Shown: positions 7,139-14,054 of the stretch, piece by piece
Position numbering within the stretch: position 1 is the stretch's first letter
Layout: every line of letters begins with the position of its first letter
DNA from: a virus
IMG/VR virus record: IMGVR_UViG_3300045988_182896
Location: 1-45,571 of that record
Strand: one strand, 5' to 3'
Length of the DNA: 45,571 bases
Program-made: the position numbers and the translations under genes
The notes under the pieces: generated by a model
Seen by the model: the letters and a program-made list of their open reading frames with translations, nothing else
Told to the model about the DNA's origin: nothing
Databases searched by the model: none

Positions 7139-7747
7139 TCAATTTATTTCTATGCCTATATTCTTCGTTTTTTGTCTAAACTCCTCATGAATATCTTCTT
7201 GTATGCTTGCTACATATACAGGATTATAATCAACTGCTCTTAACATTATCTTCATCCTATCAGCGGACTTCAGCTCACAATCAACATCTTTTATGAGGCA
7301 ATTTATTTTATTGAAATCTGATATTTTACCAGCATCAAATAGTTTTTTGGCACAAGATTCTAATAACTGCTTTGTATCGTTTTCCCATTCACAATAATCA
7401 TCAAACAGTTTTTCTACATATTGTGCTCTTACCTGCTGCGTCACATCACTCCTAGAATACTTTACCCAATCCTGAGGTATAATTGATATTGCTTCAATTT
7501 GAGCTTCTGGTAAAAGCTCATTATGATGGTTTATGTAATATCTCATTAGTGACCTATGTTCAGCACTTTCGACAAAATATTGATACTCATGCATCCTTTT
7601 AAATCCCATTAAACCCAAAAAGTCAAACATATCAGCCATTTGGTCATGAAACATCAACGCTTTTATTTGTCTTGCATTTACTATTTGATACACTTGCTTG
7701 CAAATATTTGCATCATTGCCATTTGCATTTTGAAACATATATTCCAT
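7139..7747 (-). CDS. Ferritin-like superfamily protein (putative), 202 aa
   Basis: FLGLMGFKRMHEYQYFVESAEHRSLMRYYINH resembles the ferritin L.GFA.FF..QS.EE.EHA.KL..Y.N pattern. Start placed at ATG 7747 (SD GGGAG); the track uses GTG 7753. Confidence 0.4.
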   Translation of the reverse strand: MEYMFQNANGNDANICKQVYQIVNARQIKALMFHDQMADMFDFLGLMGFKRMHEYQYFVESAEHRSLMRYYINHHNELLPEAQIEAISIIPQDWVKYSRSDVTQQVRAQYVEKLFDDYCEWENDTKQLLESCAKKLFDAGKISDFNKINCLIKDVDCELKSADRMKIMLRAVDYNPVYVASIQEDIHEEFRQKTKNIGIEIN

Positions 7748-7752
7748 TTGCA

Positions 7753-7905
7753 CTACTCCCTATCTAACAATTCGATTATTCTATCTATTTTTTCTTCAAG
7801 CACATCTTGATGTCTTTTTTGCTCATCATTCTTGTTAAAATTCATTAACCCCAATACCGTGTTTAAAATAGCTATATAATCAAATTGATTTTCAACAGAA
7901 CACAT
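7753..7905 (-). CDS. Small ORF, 50 aa (MCSVENQFDYIAILNTVLGLMNFNKNDEQKRHQDVLEEKIDRIIELLDRE)
   Basis: Hand-translated. It fills the gap exactly: its ATG directly follows the upstream TAA, and its TAG overlaps the downstream GTG. Confidence 0.4.
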   Translation of the reverse strand: MCSVENQFDYIAILNTVLGLMNFNKNDEQKRHQDVLEEKIDRIIELLDRE

Positions 7906-8328
7906 TTACGCAACCCTAACAATTGTTATAGCCGTATTTGCAAATGTTGTATTTACCCCAGTATTAACAAAAGTCAATGTTGTATTATTATCAACACATG
8001 AGCAAGATGGTGAAACTCTTACAATTGTTGAAAAACTCAAACTTTCTAAACCAGTAACAGCAGAACTATTTGCTGAAGCTATTGCACCTGGAACTAGTAC
8101 ACCATTTCTTGACATTTGAACAGTTATGTTGCCAGCTGTTTCACTCTCAGCACCATATCCATTAAATGTTACATAATATAAGCCCGGCGTTTTTATATTA
8201 ACCTGAGTAGAACCAGGTACAAATCTTATAGAACAACCAGTATTGTATGCATTTGAAAAGTTTATATCACCATTTGTTAATACATTTTGGCTTGTTTGAG
8301 TATATGCAAAAAGTGTGCTTTTATTCAT
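7906..8328 (-). CDS. C1q/TNF-like jelly-roll protein (resembles the BclA C-terminal domain), 140 aa
   Basis: All-beta, Thr/Asn/Val-rich sequence with GLYYVTFNGYG and a C-terminal ITIVRVA. There are no collagen repeats. The call rests on pattern resemblance only. Confidence 0.35.
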   Translation of the reverse strand: MNKSTLFAYTQTSQNVLTNGDINFSNAYNTGCSIRFVPGSTQVNIKTPGLYYVTFNGYGAESETAGNITVQMSRNGVLVPGAIASANSSAVTGLESLSFSTIVRVSPSCSCVDNNTTLTFVNTGVNTTFANTAITIVRVA

Positions 8329-8353
8329 GTTATTTTCCTCCTAAAATATAACA

Positions 8354-8379
8354 TGAGGGCAGCTTTTTTGCCACCCTCA
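8354..8379 (-). terminator. Hairpin (possible attenuator/terminator) inside the accessory cassette
   Basis: Minus strand reads TGAGGGTGGC-AAAAAA-GCTGCCCTCA (two G.U pairs) followed by TGTTATATTTTAGG. Confidence 0.4.
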
Positions 8380-8404
8380 CAAGTATTGGGTGTATAAACC
8401 CTAT

Positions 8405-9037
8405 TTAGCAATTACAACCACCACAACTGCATGCACCATAACCATTATTGGCAGTATAAGGACTACAAGTTATGTATGCTGGTGTCGGGAAAGGTCTCAA
8501 TGCATTTATTAGAGTCTGAGTCTGTGCAACATTGCCAAGCTGTAACTGTGCTGCTTGCAACTGGTCTCTCAATTCCTGCATTGTATTAGCAGTTATCAGA
8601 GCCCTTGTTTGTTCACCTTCGCTATGAACTGCATTTGTTATTTCACAAGTATTTCGATAATTTTCTGCTCTTACAGCATCAATGTTTCTGTTTATTTCAC
8701 AACAACAGTTCTGTGTCTGATACCCAAGATTTGCTATCTGACTCTGTGTCTGATTTGCAAGCTGAGAGTTTTCATAGCCAAGTGAACAAATGCCATTGTT
8801 CAAACCATCAAGCTTATTCACGATGGTGTTGGTATCAAATCCTCTTTGAATATCAGCCTGTGTAGCATACTGGCCAGCGGCATTATTACCAAAACCAAAA
8901 CCATTGCCACCCCAAGCTAACAAAAAGAACAAGAAAAATACCCAAATCCATGTACCACTACCGCCCCAGTTTCCTTCATTCTTGTCACTAAGAGCGATTG
9001 CATCTGCTACAGAAAGGCCTGAACCTTCCATTCCCAT
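8405..9037 (-). CDS. Membrane-anchored Gln/Asn-rich protein with a Cys-rich C-terminus, 210 aa
   Basis: One TM segment (WIWVFFLFFLLAWGG), then GNGFGFG, a CCC triplet (QNCCCE) and a C-terminal GACSCGGCNC. Confidence 0.55.
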   Translation of the reverse strand: MGMEGSGLSVADAIALSDKNEGNWGGSGTWIWVFFLFFLLAWGGNGFGFGNNAAGQYATQADIQRGFDTNTIVNKLDGLNNGICSLGYENSQLANQTQSQIANLGYQTQNCCCEINRNIDAVRAENYRNTCEITNAVHSEGEQTRALITANTMQELRDQLQAAQLQLGNVAQTQTLINALRPFPTPAYITCSPYTANNGYGACSCGGCNC

Positions 9038-9078
9038 AATGATTCCTCCTATATTATTATATTTTTGAAGTTGTGCAC

Positions 9079-9312
9079 TTACTTCCCGTTAAATAATTGA
9101 TTAAACTGTTTGAATGCATCATCCAAGTTAATTCCTCTTTGTTTGCACAAATTTGAAGCAATTTGTTTTAACTCATCCTCCGATTTACCAGCAGCCATTT
9201 CTTGGGCTCTAGCAAACATTGGATTATTCTTAAATTGACTCAACATAATTTGCTGCGGATTACTTTTTAGCATTCTTGCCATTTGCATCATTTGTTGAAT
9301 TCCTTGCATCAT
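9079..9312 (-). CDS. Hypothetical Met/Gln-rich protein, 77 aa (start uncertain)
   Basis: ORF track. It overlaps the upstream ORF by 53 nt, so an internal Met start is possible. Confidence 0.45.
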   Translation of the reverse strand: MMQGIQQMMQMARMLKSNPQQIMLSQFKNNPMFARAQEMAAGKSEDELKQIASNLCKQRGINLDDAFKQFNQLFNGK

Positions 9313-9691
9313 TCAAAATTACCTCCTCAAGTTTGCTAACTCTTTCTTCAATACTATTTAGTTTATTATCACCACTAAATTCATTTTTGTCTGCACTTTG
9401 CTTTGTATAAACATCTAATGATGCTGTCCCATCTAAATTTGTATATTTTACATATATTTGACCAGTCGCTAAATTTGTAAACACATTTGGAGTTCCATCC
9501 AAATCTATCATAGCAGCCTTAGCTTCATCTATCGATGTTACAGGTCTACATTTAAACTGTTGTTGATATTGTTGTTGACCCCCCTGGTATTGCGCAAATT
9601 GAGGATATTGCTGCTCCATTTGATATAATCGTTGCTGTTGCTGTGCATACAGAGAATTTGGTTGATATCCGCCAAAGTACTGATTATTCAT
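9260..9691 (-). CDS. Hypothetical protein with a Gln-rich N-terminal low-complexity region, 143 aa
   Basis: ORF track. The QQQQRLYQMEQQYPQFAQYQGGQQQYQQQ stretch is followed by a globular-looking domain (RPVTSIDEAKAAMIDLDGTPNVF). Confidence 0.55.
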   Translation of the reverse strand: MNNQYFGGYQPNSLYAQQQQRLYQMEQQYPQFAQYQGGQQQYQQQFKCRPVTSIDEAKAAMIDLDGTPNVFTNLATGQIYVKYTNLDGTASLDVYTKQSADKNEFSGDNKLNSIEERVSKLEEVILNDARNSTNDANGKNAKK

Positions 9692-9842
9692 TTTTTATCT
9701 TTTCCTTTCTACCCATAACTAAGTCTTCTATATAATCCAAATTGCTGCTTTTTGCATAAGAATTATATAGCATCTTTGCTTGTTTGTAAGAATACCCAAA
9801 ATAAAATTGTAAATCACGAATTATACTTTCACTTCTATGCAT
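9684..9842 (-). CDS. Small ORF, 52 aa (MHRSESIIRDLQFYFGYSYKQAKMLYNSYAKSSNLDYIEDLVMGRKEKIKNE)
   Basis: Hand-translated. SD GAGGTGGTG lies upstream. Its stop overlaps the next start (ATGAATAA). Confidence 0.4.
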   Translation of the reverse strand: MHRSESIIRDLQFYFGYSYKQAKMLYNSYAKSSNLDYIEDLVMGRKEKIKNE

Positions 9843-9871
9843 TAGCACCACCTCATCTATTCTGTAATTAT

Positions 9872-9923
9872 ATTATAACAAAAGATTAGGTAGCAAAGTA
9901 CTCCAAAAGTATATCAAAAGTAC
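9872..9923 (-). promoter_or_regulatory. Variant promoter C (TGT-TATAAT at 9880..9872) preceded by three tandem (G)TACTTTTG repeats
   Basis: Minus strand reads TGTACTTTTGATATACTTTTGGAGTACTTTGCTACCTAATCTTTTGTTATAAT. On the plus strand the repeat copies are at 9894..9901, 9904..9912 and 9915..9923, 10-11 nt apart. Confidence 0.45.
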
Positions 9924-9932
9924 AAAAATAAA

Positions 9933-9950
9933 ACCGGCTTTTCAGCCGGT
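9933..9950 (-). terminator. Rho-independent terminator after the sigma-r4-like gene
   Basis: Minus strand reads ACCGGCT-GAAA-AGCCGGT followed by TTTATTTTTG. Confidence 0.8.
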
Positions 9951-9954
9951 CATT

Positions 9955-10185
9955 TCATAACAATTTGCTTATCTTATTTAACAATGATTTGTGTTTAGCC
10001 TTTATCGTAGACAACGAATATCCAGTCATATCAGCAATATAATCCAATGTCTTGTTTTCCACATATATCATTCTTAGAATTTCTTTATCTTTTTCACCAA
10101 TCATACATTCGTTTAATAATCCGTTAAATGTACTAACCTTTGTTATATTTAACAGTTTCTTTTTTGTAGCAATATGGTCTGTCAT
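9955..10185 (-). CDS. Sigma-70 region-4-like HTH protein (putative late-gene regulator), 76 aa
   Basis: EKDKEILRMIYVENKTLDYIADMTGYSLSTIKAKHKSLLNKI fits the sigma r4 / LuxR-type HTH pattern. It is the last gene of the long structural operon. Confidence 0.5.
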   Translation of the reverse strand: MTDHIATKKKLLNITKVSTFNGLLNECMIGEKDKEILRMIYVENKTLDYIADMTGYSLSTIKAKHKSLLNKISKLL

Positions 10186-10202
10186 TTTTATACACCATCT
10201 TT

Positions 10203-10322
10203 TTATCTGCTCATAAATTTACCACATACAGGGCACCTCAACTGTTTATTCGCTTTTCGTACTCTTGTTCTAGCTGTTGTAATTCTTCTTATAACCCTTA
10301 CAGTTTGTCTAGCCTTAGCCAT
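10203..10322 (-). CDS. Small, very basic ORF, 39 aa (MAKARQTVRVIRRITTARTRVRKANKQLRCPVCGKFMSR)
   Basis: Hand-translated. AAGGAG lies 12 nt upstream. It sits in an otherwise ORF-free 285-nt gap. Confidence 0.3.
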   Translation of the reverse strand: MAKARQTVRVIRRITTARTRVRKANKQLRCPVCGKFMSR

Positions 10323-10470
10323 TCAATTATTCAACTCCTTTTCCTTGATTATGTATCGCATTATCCTTGTATTGATTACCGCTCACGTTATTTATTTCAG
10401 CGTTATCTCCTTCTACCTCCTGTGATGTCTCTGTAACCAATTCAGATGTTGTTGTCTCCAAAACAGTGAA

Positions 10471-10671
10471 TTAACTTTCATATATAATTATCCCTATCAC
10501 TAATGTCAAATTCAAAATTAAACTTATCACTAGACAGATTATCAATCTCATAACGACTTTCTTACTATTGTTAAATAGCTTTAACAGTATTTTATTTAAC
10601 GCTACTGATTCATCCAATGCCCTCACATCTGCTTGCATTTCATTTATTTCTTTGTCAAAATTCATTTCCAT
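10471..10671 (-). CDS. XhlA-like tail-anchored membrane protein, 66 aa
   Basis: N-terminal coiled coil plus a C-terminal TM segment (LIICLVISLILNLTLVIGIIIY), the same architecture as PBSX XhlA. Confidence 0.45.
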   Translation of the reverse strand: MEMNFDKEINEMQADVRALDESVALNKILLKLFNNSKKVVMRLIICLVISLILNLTLVIGIIIYES

Positions 10672-10937
10672 ATTTTATCCTCCAAATCTGACACTTTTTC
10701 TTTCAGCGTTCTTAATTCAGTATTTATTTGTGTTATTTCATTTTCGTGCGTATTTTGTATATTTTGTATGCTTTTCACATCCCCTTTTATCTCTTCTATT
10801 CCTTTTAATGCTGAATCTAACTTCGCTATCAATTGCCCGTCTTGTTTTGCTCTAGTTAACATGCCTGTGATAAAAGTTGCAACGCCAACACAGCATGCTA
10901 TCACACCACAAATAAACGTCACGGTACCAGCATCCAT
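10662..10937 (-). CDS. Small membrane protein (N-terminal TM + coiled coil), holin or lysis-accessory candidate, 91 aa
   Basis: TM segment FICGVIACCVGVATFITGML followed by heptad-like sequence. It lies directly after the tail fibre gene. Confidence 0.45.
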   Translation of the reverse strand: MDAGTVTFICGVIACCVGVATFITGMLTRAKQDGQLIAKLDSALKGIEEIKGDVKSIQNIQNTHENEITQINTELRTLKEKVSDLEDKIWK

Positions 10938-12049
10938 TACAATATCCTCCCAATTATGATATTGCTAAAATGAGGGGGTTTGCCCTCCAAATATGATAGC
11001 CCTTCACCAAGCTCAAATTTCTGTGTTAATCTTTTAACTACACTACTACCAGAACTAAAATCAACCAAATCTGTTGTACAAAATGCAGCTGCATATGTCT
11101 GAGCTGCATCACCAGCCCAGCAAACTTCTTTGTAATGAGCAATAGAGTTTAATGTGAAATTCATATTTAGGTCAACAGCTATTTGATACTTTTCGCCAGG
11201 TTGCATAGTCGCATAGTTTTCCATTTGACTATGTACAAACATTACAAAATCTTTGCTTGGAAATTCTAAAACCGCAATAGTTATCCCATTATGGCCTTCA
11301 ATAAAATAGAAGTTATCTTTGTAATAGTTTGGCAATTGCCCGCCCAATCTTTCAGAATTATCTACTATGCCATCTTTATCTTTGTCGTACTCTGTTTTTA
11401 GCATAGAATCTGTTCCGGCAAGAATAGATGAAACAGCGCTTTGCAAATCATCCAATTGTTTCTGACTATCCTTTGAAAACTTTTCTATTTGATACTTTGC
11501 TTGTGCTTGAAATTGAGAATAAATCTCTGACGTGTCAAGATGCTCTATTGGATTTACTATCATTCCACAAACATTTGAATCTGATCTGGTATCATATATA
11601 TTAGGCTCATTTATCGTAATCTGACCAGGTTTAATGGATATGTATGACAGCAATAATTCATATGCAATATTATCTCTTTGCAAAAATTGAACATCAGGCG
11701 GAGAATTTGTTTTGTACTTAATATACGTCGTTATTGACCTGCTTGTCATATCCAACTTCATTATTACACATGCAAACATGTCTGCATTCGTTGTATTGGC
11801 TTGTATATTTAATTCCTTGTCTTCGTCATTTATATACCAATACCCATTTATAAACCCAAAACCTGGCTTTATATATATATTCATATTGGGAGATGCATTT
11901 GGTATAACTTTTAACTGGTCTGATGCTTGTGCATATACACCGTTACTAATAAAATGTGTAAAAAGATTGGCAAAATCTTTTGCATAATATACCCTATCTT
12001 GTGCACCATTTACTTCTTGAGAATTAAAAAACCCACTACTTTCCATCAT
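10937..12049 (-). CDS. Tail fibre / receptor-binding protein, 370 aa
   Basis: The N-terminus SGFFNSQEVNGAQDRVYYAKDFANLFTHFISNGVY is typical of Firmicutes prophage fibre proteins. It is positioned after the Tal-like gene. Confidence 0.55.
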   Translation of the reverse strand: MMESSGFFNSQEVNGAQDRVYYAKDFANLFTHFISNGVYAQASDQLKVIPNASPNMNIYIKPGFGFINGYWYINDEDKELNIQANTTNADMFACVIMKLDMTSRSITTYIKYKTNSPPDVQFLQRDNIAYELLLSYISIKPGQITINEPNIYDTRSDSNVCGMIVNPIEHLDTSEIYSQFQAQAKYQIEKFSKDSQKQLDDLQSAVSSILAGTDSMLKTEYDKDKDGIVDNSERLGGQLPNYYKDNFYFIEGHNGITIAVLEFPSKDFVMFVHSQMENYATMQPGEKYQIAVDLNMNFTLNSIAHYKEVCWAGDAAQTYAAAFCTTDLVDFSSGSSVVKRLTQKFELGEGLSYLEGKPPHFSNIIIGRIL

Positions 12050-13173
12050 ATTACTCCTTTTCTTCTCAGACTATCTAATAGGAATGGTTTGTTATATCCA
12101 TAAACAATAGATGTGCTTGTACCAGATTTACCAAATGTCCTAGTATATTCAGAAATCTGTGCATCAACTTGTACTCCAATATTCTTGTCCTCAACAGTTA
12201 TTTTGTCACCTAAAAAATAATCTTTACCAAAAGTAAAAACACTAGGTGAATCACTTATTTCAGCATTATATGATTCATTTATTGACAAATCTGAAGACTT
12301 TTCTATAGCCCTATTCATTAGCAGTTGATTATATTCTGTTATTGGCATTGTTGTGCCATCTTCATTTTGGTCAGATATATCTCTTGCATCAACAAAATAT
12401 TCTTTCCTATCAAATCCCCAAGTTTTTTTACCTTCAACATCGTAAACTACCCACTTTCTTGATTCACCTTCACCTTGACCAGCAGCAAAAATAGCATTTG
12501 AATAATCAGATTCATTATATGTATACGATGATGACAAGATATCTTGCAATTCTGATGATAATATAACCGGCATATTAATGGCCTGATTTATACTTCTATC
12601 TGTTGATTTCAAAATTTCAAAAACAAATTTTCTATTTCTTGGGTCAATACCTATATCAAAACCAAAATTATTAGCTTGACCTAAATCTTCAATCTTTGAA
12701 TCTAACATTACACCAGTTGCTTGTGTGTCAAACTTATCTAATCCAAAAGCAGAATAGTCCTGCTTTCTTACCTCAAAATTCGTAATCATCCTAAAATGGT
12801 TTAAATTATTACCACCTTCCTCTCCATATACAAACAGTTTATAAACAAAAGTTGCAGCTGCCTCTGCAGCATTCATGTTCTTTATGAAAATAGTTGGATA
12901 TATGCATCTTGTTTTTAATAATCCTGAAACAAGATTGCCTTTTATGGTCATTTGACCACTATCCTTATCTATATACTGAATTATTCCACCTATATTGTCC
13001 TCAAACCATACTATCCTATTCTTTAAAAGCAGGCCTATATTTTCTTCTGTGATTGGGCAATATATTTGAAACGAACCAATTGAATTAAACTTTTTTGTGT
13101 ATGTAGCAGTACTGAATTTGTTAATTTGCCCATATGAATTAAAACTATCATCAAAAATCTCCATTTTAAACAT
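12046..13173 (-). CDS. Tail-associated minor structural protein (Tal position; ReqiPepy6 Gp37-like N-terminus), 375 aa
   Basis: Synteny: it follows Dit. The N-terminal pattern (FNSYGQINKFSTATYTKKFNSIGSFQIY) is typical of siphovirus tail-tip proteins. Confidence 0.5.
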   Translation of the reverse strand: MFKMEIFDDSFNSYGQINKFSTATYTKKFNSIGSFQIYCPITEENIGLLLKNRIVWFEDNIGGIIQYIDKDSGQMTIKGNLVSGLLKTRCIYPTIFIKNMNAAEAAATFVYKLFVYGEEGGNNLNHFRMITNFEVRKQDYSAFGLDKFDTQATGVMLDSKIEDLGQANNFGFDIGIDPRNRKFVFEILKSTDRSINQAINMPVILSSELQDILSSSYTYNESDYSNAIFAAGQGEGESRKWVVYDVEGKKTWGFDRKEYFVDARDISDQNEDGTTMPITEYNQLLMNRAIEKSSDLSINESYNAEISDSPSVFTFGKDYFLGDKITVEDKNIGVQVDAQISEYTRTFGKSGTSTSIVYGYNKPFLLDSLRRKGVI

Positions 13174-13178
13174 AATTT

Positions 13179-14054
13179 CTAAAGCTCCTTAACACTCATA
13201 TATGCCTGTGTGTATTTTATACTTACCTCTAACAACTCTGAACCAGAATCAGCAGTATATGCTAAAACATTTATGCCTCTTTTCAATAATAACCATGTTG
13301 AATCAATGTCTCTATACTTATAGTAGTTTAGTACTTTATCATCTAATTCGCCTACAATATTTCTTTCTCCAATATTTGTGTTTATGGTTATCATTTCACC
13401 ATAGACCATTTTTTTATTTATTTTGAAAAAGCTTTGTGTGCTGACGTCAATAATTTGCGGATTTTCTACGTTTCCAATAGCCTTTAGTATTATAATCATT
13501 CCAACACTATTCGAGCCCAAATTATTTATCACTACCGTATTCGAAATCTTTTTCTCAGAAAATATAAACCCGTTTTTAGTTAATGCAAATGGAAAATAAA
13601 ATGCTGGGTTTACAATTGACATATCATTACTTTGCTCTTTTAAATCGTGAAATTGCGGGTCACTACATTCTATATATATACCAAATTTGCAAAGTACATC
13701 ATTATTTGTTTTCGAATCTGTACCAAAACTGACAACATCAGATGGGAATCCTGTTATTTTTTTGTCCAAAAAACTAATCGTTATTTCTTCACCAAATACT
13801 ATCATGTTATTTAGATAGTCTTTTCTCGCTTCTATTTGGCTTTTTGTATCACCTATTATATACCCAGTTATCGTAACTGGTCTAGTACCAATGCTAGTGT
13901 CAACTATCTCTTCACCAATTTGTTGTGGGTATTTGTATTGTTCAAAAGAAATTTGAGGAGAACCCCAATCTATATTTTCTAAAATATATGGACTTTCGTC
14001 TTTGTCTATCAATATACTTTTGCCGCTGCTACTTACATATATTGATTCAATCAT
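13179..14054 (-). CDS. Distal tail protein (Dit), 291 aa
   Basis: It lies immediately downstream of the TMP, with its start overlapping the TMP stop. IDWGSPQISFEQYKYPQQIGEEIVDTSIGTRPVTITGYIIG is a typical Dit N-terminal domain. Confidence 0.65.
   Translation of the reverse strand: MIESIYVSSSGKSILIDKDESPYILENIDWGSPQISFEQYKYPQQIGEEIVDTSIGTRPVTITGYIIGDTKSQIEARKDYLNNMIVFGEEITISFLDKKITGFPSDVVSFGTDSKTNNDVLCKFGIYIECSDPQFHDLKEQSNDMSIVNPAFYFPFALTKNGFIFSEKKISNTVVINNLGSNSVGMIIILKAIGNVENPQIIDVSTQSFFKINKKMVYGEMITINTNIGERNIVGELDDKVLNYYKYRDIDSTWLLLKRGINVLAYTADSGSELLEVSIKYTQAYMSVKEL

Noticed and set aside
10174-10425. Hydrophobic 83-aa plus-strand ORF in the only sizeable gap of the late region
   Set aside because: It has no SD, its ATG overlaps the minus-strand regulator start, and its hydrophobicity is explained by T-richness. 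It would be the only plus-strand gene in the genome.
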